From Azolla caroliniana (Eukaryota > Plantae > Polypodiophyta): a DNA stretch of 64,000 nucleotides. This document shows, in pieces, positions 12,864-21,672 of this stretch. The DNA lies in assembly GCA_043228905.1 (NCBI GenBank), contig JBHGNT010000005.1, forward strand, positions 11,222,001 to 11,286,000. Reading direction: 5' to 3'. The notes beneath the pieces are model-generated. The model ran no database searches. It saw nothing but the letters and a program-made list of their open reading frames with translations, and had not been told where the DNA came from. How positions within the stretch are numbered: the stretch's first letter is position 1; each line of letters starts with the position of its first letter. The position numbers and the translations under genes are program-made.

Positions 12864-14250
12864 TGTAAGCGTATGATAAGGACAGAAAATATATATAGAA
12901 AAGAAAGGGGGGAGAGAAAAAGGGTGCCGATCCACTCGATCATCCCCTAACGAAGGGATTGAGACAGACTCGAGCTTCGATCGGCGTCCCATACCACTGC
13001 CGTGGCATCGAGTTGTACTAGGTACTAGCGCGCTCGCTACAAGAGTTTAATCACCACTTAAGTAGAGTCTCGACGTAGTTGAATAATGTATCAAATGAGG
13101 GTAGCAAGGCCTCATATTTATAGTCAGACCTAAAGCCCCCGACAAGTTCACACTTGAGCTTAATGGGTTGTCTCAATCGTAAGGATTAAAAGTAATCCTT
13201 CCCTTCTTTACACTCCCGTTTAACACTCACACTTTATCCACGTGTATAGAATACTACAATATAATCTTACCACGTGATATATGGTCATGCCCGTAACATA
13301 CTCCCCCTCTTTAAAAAATTGCACTCTTGCAATGAAAAGTTAGAGAAGTTAGTTTTAAGTTGTTGTAAATAAACTCCAAAATTGAGAGATAACGTTACCA
13401 TTTTGTTGGTTTTCACCAATGTATGCTGGAAGCATGTCCTCAATAATTTGATTTACTTGTTTTGTCTGTCCATCAGATTGAGGATGATCCGTGGAGCTCA
13501 TGCTCAATGTAGTTTTTAACTTCTTAAAGACTTTGGATCTTGATCACTCACGATATCCATGGGCAACCTATAAAAACGAAATAACTCATCAACGAATTGG
13601 TAAGCCAATTCAGGAGCTGTTACTGACCATTTTAGTAGCAATAAATCTGGTCATTTTTGTTGGCCTATCAACCACAACCCATATGACATCATGGCCTTTT
13701 TGGGTGTGAGGAAGGCTAACAAATTTTCCCACTTATTTTTGGGAATTTCCAAGGGATGTAAAAGTCCAACGGCTTTAAGTCGCTTGGCTTTATTAACCTG
13801 ACATTGGTGACATTTAGTCACATAGCTATGTATGTCAAGATGCATCTTAGGCCAATAGAATTGAGTGGAGATGAGAATGAGTGTGCGATGTATTCCAGGG
13901 TGCCCTGTTGAGGGTGCATCATGGCATTAAAAAAGAATTATCTTTTTGACCTTAGTCAAATCTGGAACACAAACCTTCCCATTACGATAGAGCAGACCGT
14001 TAACAATGTGGAAAGATTCATTCGAGGTTGTGGTGATGTCTATTCCAGACTCAACTCTTGCCCAATATTTTCTAAAATAATGGTCATCAGGATATTTTCC
14101 TTGAAGGTGATCATAAAGATCTGATGTTATTTTAGTGAAGCTAAGCATGTTAACTTCACGAATGTGACTCAGTGCATCAACGTCTGTGTTCATGGAACCT
14201 TTACGATATCGTATGGAAAAATCAAAGTCTTCGATCATGTTGATCAATGA
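12864..14250 (-). mobile_element. Gypsy remnant: 3' LTR (~12864-13298), PPT and decayed RNase H/integrase (LTR family X)
   Basis: TG...CA LTR followed by ACTCCCCCTCTTT (PPT on minus); ORF pieces 'EDFDFSIRYRKGSMNTDVDALS' and 'YVTKCHQCQVNK...GLLHPLEIP'; partial LTR copies at ~9077-9198 and ~12500-12840. Confidence 0.75.
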
Positions 14251-15320
14251 TCACCTGAACTTCCAGCCCAATAGGCGTATTGAAGGTCCTCGATACAACA
14301 ACCTACGATCCTTCGTGCCGCTGACACATTGCAATGTCCTTTGCACACAATGAAGGTGAACAGACATCGATTGCGACATGAATTGGCTAATCAAGCCGAC
14401 TAGAAAGCTGAGGTCAGATTGAGTGATCTTCAAGTAAATCAGGGTTCTGACAATTTGTTAGAACTGTGTCGTATCGCAAGCCAGCCCCGATCCGTGGCGA
14501 ACCTTGAGATTCCTATCAAGAGGAGTCGAGATGGATTTGCAATCCATCATGTTGAACTTGAAGAGCATATTCATCACATAATGTCATTGGCTGATCAATA
14601 TGCCTTTTGGAGTACGGAACAATTTGATTACAAGGAAGTATTGAGGGTCCCCCAAGTCCTTCATCTCGAATGATGCCGGAAACATAGACTTGACGTGGTC
14701 GATTTCCTCCAATTTGGGGGCCAACGATCACCAGATCATCGACACACAACAATATGATGGCCGGCCTATTCTGACCTTGTTGATTGAACAAGGGTGAGCC
14801 CGACTTTGATAGAGCAAACCCCATCTTATGCAGACATTGCATAACTTTGGCATTCCAAGCTTGGGGGGCTTGCTTGAGTCTGTAAATGGAGTTCTTCAAT
14901 CGGCAAATTGCCGTTTTGTTCAGCTCAAACAAAAATCCGAGAGGCTACACCATGCATACCTGTTCCTCAAGGTTGCCTTGGAGGAACGTGTTCTTTACAT
15001 CCATCTGATGCAGGTGTCATCCCTTTGCCACTACTATGATCAACAACACACAAACGGTCGTCATCGTCGTGACCGGTGCAAATGTTTCATCATAATCGTT
15101 TCCGTGTTTCTGTGCATAGCCCTTGGCCACCAGTTAGGCCTTATACTTGTTGATGGAGTTGTCAGCATTGTACTTAACTTTATACACTGTCAGGAACTCT
15201 ATTAAGGCAGAGAAGGAATTAGTACTAAAAGAAGGATTAGTACTATTGTTGGGGAATAGTACTAAGACAGAGAAGGATTAGTACTATGAGAGGTGTCGAA
15301 CTTTGAGAGAAGGAATGAGT

Positions 15321-15362
<42 letters not shown>

Positions 15363-15582
15363 TGATGCGAAAGATATATGTATTATATGACGGAAGATAT
15401 ACAACAGTAGTTAGAAGGCTTAAGACTGGCGTTGAACCAATTTGGTTCGAACTAATGCCTTGCACCTCCTTTTATAGTGTCTTCAGGAATACTCCTGAAG
15501 TTTCTAGAATGTTCCAGAGAAATCTGGAAATATACATGAATTTCCCAATAAAACCTAAATGAAAATAATATCCTTCAAATTA

Positions 15583-15653
15583 CAATTCATAACCTAATGG
15601 TAAAGTCTCGACCCGTGTAACAAAAGGTTATGGGTTCGAGTCTAGTTATGACA
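15583..15653 (+). promoter_or_regulatory. tRNA-derived A-box/B-box module at the U3 end of the chromovirus LTR (second copy 20889-20959)
   Basis: TAACCTAATGGTAAAG ... AGGTT ATGGGTTCGAGTC; T8-to-G53 distance 44 nt as in tRNA; stems degenerate, so not a functional tRNA. Confidence 0.65.
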
Positions 15654-18600
15654 CTATCCCCCCTTTAAAACGACGAGTTTCACGAGTCGTTTTGGATTGA
15701 GGACCCGGTTTCTCGGGATATCGTCGATGGAAGTCTTCTAGAAGAGCACGAGCATTGGTCACATTCTCGATCGGTTCCCAAGTACGCTCGCTGGGACTAT
15801 ATCCTAGCCAATCGACTAGATAGTAGAGCTTGTTGCGAACAATCTTGGAATCGAGGATGGCAGCGACCTCATACTCAGGTCCATCTTCGAGCTCGATAGG
15901 AGGTGGAGGTTGTATAGTACGTCCTGGGATAGTGCTCTCGTGATAGGGTTCGAGGAGAGAACTATGAAACACCGGATGTATCCGAAGTTGCGGAGGTAGC
16001 TCGAGACGAAAAGCGACATCATTAATCTTCCCGATAATGCGGAAAGGACCTAATCGCCGATAATCCAACTTCTCACATGGGCGAGTAGTCTTGATGTGTC
16101 GTCGTAGCAGCCACACCCGATCTCCAATGTTAAAACTGGATGGAAGTCGATGATGATCTGCGTAGTCCTTGTGTGATTGTTGAGCTTGCTGGAGTTGAGT
16201 AGATAAATCCGCTTGTATCTTGCGTAACCGCTCCAAACGATCCTCCGCGCAAGGATTTGTGGACACTTCTGGGGTTTCAAGGACACACCACCGGGGATGA
16301 TATCCCGTATAAGCGTAGAATGGCGTGACTTTAGTCGATGCGTGGATAGCGTTATTATAGGCAAATTCGGCGAACTGAAGAATATCTGCCCAGTCATTCT
16401 GATGATAGTTGAGAAAGCACCGCAGATACTGCTCCAGTGTTTGATTTGTTCGTTCGGCTTGACCGTCGGTTTGTGGGTGGTAGCCGGAGGAGAGGTTACA
16501 AGTGACCTTCAGCATTTTAAAAAGGTGCTTCCAGAATTTTGACACAAACTGGGGTCCACGATCGCTGATGATATTATCAGGGAGTCCATGATGCCGACAT
16601 ACTTCCCGCATGACAATTTCGGCGGTGTCTTCACTAGATATTTCTTTAGTACATGGTAAGAAATGAGCCATCTTCGTATATCGATCCACCACTGTGAGAA
16701 TCGCACTGAATCCCTTAGAGACTGGAAGATCTGTAATGAAGTCAAGAGCAATGGATTGCCATGGCTTGCTTGGAATTGGTAATGGTTCTAATAAACCATA
16801 TGGATGATGTCTTGGCATTTTCGCTCTGCAGCATGTATCGCAAGTCCGAACAAAATCTTCGACAAATTGTCGCATACGGGGCCACCAGAATGATCGTTGT
16901 ACTAAATCTAATGTTTTAGTACTACCAAAATGTCCTGCTGTATATGTGTCATGGCAGTTTTGTACTACTCGAAGGCGGCAAGAACCATTAGGAACATACA
17001 AAAGTTCTTTAAAGAAGAGTAATCCATCACAGTATTTGAATTGCCGATAATCCGTACCTGGTGATTGTGATTGTGAACATGACGCTCGAGAGGGGTCAAT
17101 TTGTGCTAGTATAGCTTGGGCGAAAGCGTCAGTCTTCAAGTCCTCACGTATAGTATTGGTAATGTCGGAATCCACGGGCATGTCAAAGACCTGTGTTGCT
17201 TGCAGTCGTGCTGGACCCAAGATTACTTGCTTCTGGTTATCGAAAGCTGGCTCACCGGGACGTGGTGTTAGATACGAACGCCGTGATAATGCATCTGCCT
17301 TCCCTTGGTGCTTCCCCGGACGATATGTAATTTTGAAGTCGAAGCGTGTGAGGAAGTGGGCCCACCGAGCTTGACGTCGATTCAGTACACGAGCATCTTG
17401 AAAGTAGGCAAGGTTCTTGTGGTCACTGAATACAGTGACCTGATGAGGAGATCCCTCCAGGAAATGCCTCCATTGCATAAAAGAATCAACTATTGCTAAT
17501 AGCTCTTTATCATGAATTTCGTAGTTGATTTCGGCGGCGTCAAACTTACGGGAGTGGAAAGCCACAGGATGTAGCTTCTCGTCGTTACCCTGTTGTGACA
17601 GAATGCTCCCCAATGCGAAATCCGATGCATCAGCTTCGATAATGAATGGTTTTTCCGGATCCACATGACCTAAAATTGGAGCTGATGTAAACGCCTTCTT
17701 AAGACTCTCGAAAGCCATGTCCGTCTCTTTAGACCAAATGAATGATTGTCCCTTCCTGGTGAGCTGTGTGAGAGGCAGCACAATTTTTGAGTAATTTTGT
17801 ATGAACTTCCGGTAAAAATTTGCAAAGCCTAGGAAGCATTGCACATCCCGCACCGAACGCGGAGTGTGCCATTCTATCACCGTTTTGACCTTGGCTGGGT
17901 CCATAGATATGCCTTCTGAGGAGATGACATAGCCGAGAAACTCCACTTGGTTGCACCCGAAACTACATTTCTCTAACTTTGCATACAGACCATGTTCTCG
18001 AAGTCGTTTTAGTACTAATAGTACATGAGAATCATGTTCTTCTTGGGTCTTTGAATAAACCAGTAGATCATCCAAATAGATGATCAAAAAATCATCCAAG
18101 AGATCTCGAAATATATCATTCGCCATGTGCTGGAAGACTGCCGGCGCATTAGTGAGTCCGAACGGCATGACCGTATACTCGAAGTGCCCATATCTGGTGC
18201 GAAACGCGGTCTTCCATTCATCTCCTGGTCGGATCCGTACGAGGTTATAGGCTCCTCGTAAGTCGATCTTCGTGAAGAACCTGGCACTGTTGATCCGTTC
18301 TAAAAGACTTGAGATAAGGGGAAGAGCATACCTATTTCTTACTGTGACCTTATTCAAGCCACGGTAATCTACAACGAGTCGAAGAGAGCCATCTTTTTTC
18401 TTGACGAAGAAAATGGGTGCGCCGGCTGGAGATTTCGAATGCCGAATGAAACCGTTCTCCAAATTCTCCTCTATATAGGCTCGAAGGACTTCTAGCTCGG
18501 TTGGTGACAAATTGTAGATCGGCCCCCATGGCGGCTCTTTTCCCGGTTGTAAGTCGATGGCGCAGTCGTACGGCCGATGATGAGGAAGTGTGTTGGCTTG

Positions 18601-19242
18601 TACTTTATCGAACACATCAGCATACTGACGATACTTCTCGGGAAGTTGAACGGTGGACTCCTCTTTGGTGGTGCTGGAGGGTTGTACTGATATTGCGAAG
18701 AGAAACATTTCCTCCTTGCGCCCTTCCTCACGCAACTGACGTAGCGAAATGGTTGCAACCTTCTGGGTAGATCCTTGGGTTTGTCGCAACCGGATTTCCC
18801 TTGTCCTCCAATCTATGTCTGGGTCATGTAACTCGAACCATGGTAATCCTAAAACTATGGGATGTTCTGGAATACTAATAATATTAAATGATACTACACA
18901 TGTTAAGTTATCTAGGACAATATTAACGGGTTCCGACTCTTCTATGATATTACCAGAAGCAATGGGACGACCATCAATGACTACTACTGAGGCCGGACAT
19001 GGGAGCTTTCTGAGAGATATCTGATGAGCTCGGGCAAAATTCCTATCCATGAAGCAAGAATTAGCTCCGGAATCTAGAAGGGCTAAGGTATGTACTGGAG
19101 GGGTACTTTTAGTACTAACTGCTACTTGGGCTACGAACACATCACTAACTTGCTTAGAGGGAATGGAACCACTAATGGGCTGCACAGATCTAGGGCTGTC
19201 CAACCAAACGGCTCCTATTTTGGCTGGACTTAGTCGTTTAAC
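15646..19242 (-). CDS. pol: Chromovirus Pol (PR-RT-RNase H-INT-chromodomain), probably expressed by -1 frameshift from gag
   Basis: LLDSGA protease, YLDD RT, DAS RNase H, HHCC + DDE integrase, GPF motif, C-terminal chromodomain EYEVAAILDSK...YLVDWLGY...TWEP; frame open from the G_TTA_AAC site. Confidence 0.95.
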   Translation of the reverse strand, partial: VKRLSPAKIGAVWLDSPRSVQPISGSIPSKQVSDVFVAQVAVSTKSTPPVHTLALLDSGANSCFMDRNFARAHQISLRKLPCPASVVVIDGRPIASGNIIEESEPVNIVLDNLTCVVSFNIISIPEHPIVLGLPWFELHDPDIDWRTREIRLRQTQGSTQKVATISLRQLREEGRKEEMFLFAISVQPSSTTKEESTVQLPEKYRQYADVFDKVQANTLPHHRPYDCAIDLQPGKEPPWGPIYNLSPTELEVLRAYIEENLENGFIRHSKSPAGAPIFFVKKKDGSLRLVVDYRGLNKVTVRNRYALPLISSLLERINSARFFTKIDLRGAYNLVRIRPGDEWKTAFRTRYGHFEYTVMPFGLTNAPAVFQHMANDIFRDLLDDFLIIYLDDLLVYSKTQEEHDSHVLLVLKRLREHGLYAKLEKCSFGCNQVEFLGYVISSEGISMDPAKVKTVIEWHTPRSVRDVQCFLGFANFYRKFIQNYSKIVLPLTQLTRKGQSFIWSKETDMAFESLKKAFTSAPILGHVDPEKPFIIEADASDFALGSILSQQGNDEKLHPVAFHSRKFDAAEINYEIHDKELLAIVDSFMQWRHFLEGSPHQVTVFSDHKNLAYFQDARVLNRRQARWAHFLTRFDFKITYRPGKHQGKADALSRRSYLTPRPGEPAFDNQKQVILGPARLQATQVFDMPVDSDITNTIREDLKTDAFAQAILAQIDPSRASCSQSQSPGTDYRQFKYCDGLLFFKELLYVPNGSCRLRVVQNCHDTYTAGHFGSTKTLDLVQRSFWWPRMRQFVEDFVRTCDTCCRAKMPRHHPYGLLEPLPIPSKPWQSIALDFITDLPVSKGFSAILTVVDRYTKMAHFLPCTKEISSEDTAEIVMREVCRHHGLPDNIISDRGPQFVSKFWKHLFKMLKVTCNLSSGYHPQTDGQAERTNQTLEQYLRCFLNYHQNDWADILQFAEFAYNNAIHASTKVTPFYAYTGYHPRWCVLETPEVSTNPCAEDRLERLRKIQADLSTQLQQAQQSHKDYADHHRLPSSFNIGDRVWLLRRHIKTTRPCEKLDYRRLGPFRIIGKINDVAFRLELPPQLRIHPVFHSSLLEPYHESTIPGRTIQPPPPIELEDGPEYEVAAILDSKIVRNKLYYLVDWLGYSPSERTWEPIENVTNARALLEDFHRRYPEKPGPQSKTTRETRRFKGGIVS

Positions 19243-20399
19243 TCTTCTTCTAATTGGCTAAGGACATCAAATTTGTTTGCGAGATTCGGACTATTAGTAC
19301 TATTAGGACTATTATGACTATGAGGATTATCAGAGATTCCTACTGAAATAGACTCGGGTTTAGTATAGTCAGAACTAACAATGACTTGGTTTACCTGCCT
19401 TCTTGGTCTATGGGGACAGTTTATCGCGATATGCCCTGGTCCACCGCAATAAAGGCATAATCGGTTTGTTCGGCGTCGTTGCTTTTCCTCCTCCGATAGC
19501 GGCCCACGACGACGTGTAGTGTCAATTTCCATTGGAGTTGGAGTACTTACTGGAGGCGCATTATGTGACTCCCTTTGAAAAGGTTTCGCTACCACTGAGG
19601 CATAGGTAGGCTCGGATCTTGCCCTCGGCATCTGAAATTGTCGTTCCGAACGTCGCTCGAAGAGGCGGTTGTCACATCTGACCGCTCGACTGATTGCTTC
19701 TGTTAATGATTTTGGCTCTTCAGGGAAAGTCAAGAGTAAATCCTTGACATCGTTGCGTAGACCATAGCGGAACTGCTCCATCAATGCTTGATCATCCCAG
19801 GGGATATCGGCGGCGAGTAGGCGGAAATCTGCAGCATATGCGGAGGCTGGACGGTCACCTTGGCGTAATCGCCGGATTTTGTTGATTGCAGTCCTTATGC
19901 TGTCAGTATCTCCAAAACATGCTTTAAACTCACTTATGAATTCTTCAAAATTATTTAGTACTGGAGATTCCTTTTCTAGTAGCGGAGCGAACCATGCTAA
20001 TGCTGAGCCATTTAACAACGTGCCTACTAAACCCACTCGTGATGCATCGGTGGGATATCGGGACGGATGCATTTGAATAACTAACCGTACCTGGTTAAGA
20101 AACCCTCTAAACTGCGTTCGCGTTCCATCGAACTTCGTGGGAAGGCCAATCTTGGGTTCTTTATGAATCCCTTGTGCTCCGTGCCCTTGTTGTTGCATTG
20201 CTACGATGGTTGCTTCGAGTTGTTGCACGCGTAACGCAAGTTCCCCATGCTGTTGTTGCGTTTGCTGCTTTTCTAAGGAAATTTGCTGAAGATCCCCCAA
20301 CAAGCGTTGATTTTCTTGTTCCAAAGCATGAAACTTCTCTTTCAAGCATTGAAATTCCGAGAAAACGGATTGATACTCTTCAGCGCTAACGGTGGCCAT
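19230..20399 (-). CDS. gag: Chromovirus Gag (PEG10/Ty3-like capsid, CCHC knuckle), 389 aa
   Basis: P.KFDG, L.G.AL.W, LRQG...YAADF, PMEID and CLYCGGPGHIAINC motifs. Confidence 0.95.
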   Translation of the reverse strand: MATVSAEEYQSVFSEFQCLKEKFHALEQENQRLLGDLQQISLEKQQTQQQHGELALRVQQLEATIVAMQQQGHGAQGIHKEPKIGLPTKFDGTRTQFRGFLNQVRLVIQMHPSRYPTDASRVGLVGTLLNGSALAWFAPLLEKESPVLNNFEEFISEFKACFGDTDSIRTAINKIRRLRQGDRPASAYAADFRLLAADIPWDDQALMEQFRYGLRNDVKDLLLTFPEEPKSLTEAISRAVRCDNRLFERRSERQFQMPRARSEPTYASVVAKPFQRESHNAPPVSTPTPMEIDTTRRRGPLSEEEKQRRRTNRLCLYCGGPGHIAINCPHRPRRQVNQVIVSSDYTKPESISVGISDNPHSHNSPNSTNSPNLANKFDVLSQLEEELND

Positions 20400-20620
20400 G
20401 GGATGAAGGAAAAGGGAAATAAGAGACTAGTAGGAAAGGAGGGAGACAGAAGGAAGAGGGAGACTAGTAGTCAAAATTGGTTCAAACTGTCAGGAACTCT
20501 ATTAAGGCAGAGAAGGAATTAGTACTAAAAGAAGGATTAGTACTATTGTTGGGGAATAGTACTAAGACAGAGAAGGATTAGTACTATGAGAGGTGTCGAA
20601 CTTTGAGAGAAGGAATGAGT

Positions 20621-20668
<48 letters not shown>

Positions 20669-21185
20669 TGATGCGAAAGATATATGTATTATATGACGGA
20701 AGATATACAACAGTAGTTAGAAGGCTTAAGACTGGCGTTGAACCAATTTGGTTCGAACTAATGCCTTGCACCTCCTTTTATAGTGTCTTCAGGAATACTC
20801 CTGAAGTTTCTAGAATGTTCCAGAGAAATCTGGAAATATACATGAATTTCCCAATAAAACCTAAATGAAAATAATATCCTTCAAATTACAATTCATAACC
20901 TAATGGTAAAGTCTCGACCCGTGTAACAAAAGGTTATGGGTTCGAGTCTAGTTATGACATACACCCATCTACAACCGATCGACTTGACTCATTTGGGGAG
21001 GGTCAACCAGGTCCCAAGTCTCATTTTTGGCCAGTGCATGCATCTCTTCTTCCAGGCTGCCTTCCAATTGGCGTCTTGTGCCGCCTTCGCCTAGCTCTTC
21101 GACTCGCATAGCTCTGCCACTTTGGTCATGTACGCATAGTGACGTGCCATGTGCTCATTACATCCATACTTGATAACAAGATTCA

Positions 21186-21672
21186 TGTTGGCCTAGAGTA
21201 TGATTTGAAGGGTTAATGTATACAAGGATGAGTTGGAGAAGAATATGATAATCATAAGAATAATTATTAGTTAGGGAATATTATAGGAACGGACGGATCC
21301 GAATAGTTGTACCGATCCGGATCCGCACCGATTAATAGTGTCGGTAGCTGGTAAGGCACCGTTTTGTATTTCCTACTAGATGCCTATAAAAGGATCCGGA
21401 ATTGATGTAATTGTTTAGCGAACGTAATACCACTTTATGTGTTCTATTTTAATTATAGTGTGTCTCTGGTGTACTTGCCGTTTTGCTCTTCAATTGTTAA
21501 TCTTACGCGTGCTATATCTAATCGATTGTGTCTTAATAATCCGGAACATATATGAAATCAGTTGGATCTTAATAAGATAGCCGGATAAAATCCATCCCTT
21601 AACCACCCCTTTGGTGAAGTGTTCCGAAATGAACACCATGTGTTTGAGGCTAAGTCCATCCCAGAGTAAACA
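21186..21672 (+). mobile_element. Solo LTR related to the element G LTRs
   Basis: TGTT...AACA ends; flanks ATTCA/ATTCC (TSD, 1 mismatch); contains CACCCCTTTGGTGAAGTGT, the reverse complement of the G LTR; Copia sequence continues across it. Confidence 0.75.

Larger units (their letters stand above)
15188..20959 (-). mobile_element. Intact Ty3/Gypsy chromovirus (Tcn1/Tf1-sushi-like), very recent insertion
   Basis: LTRs 15188-15653 and 20488-20959 (TGTCA...TGACA) look identical except for 6 bp of (GA)n; 5-bp TSD TACAC (15183-15187, 20960-20964); PPT at 15654-15666; intact gag and pol. Confidence 0.96.

Noticed and set aside
12864-13298. Cassandra-type 5S rRNA or snRNA inside family X LTRs
   Set aside because: No recognisable 5S, U-snRNA or 7SL sequence by eye
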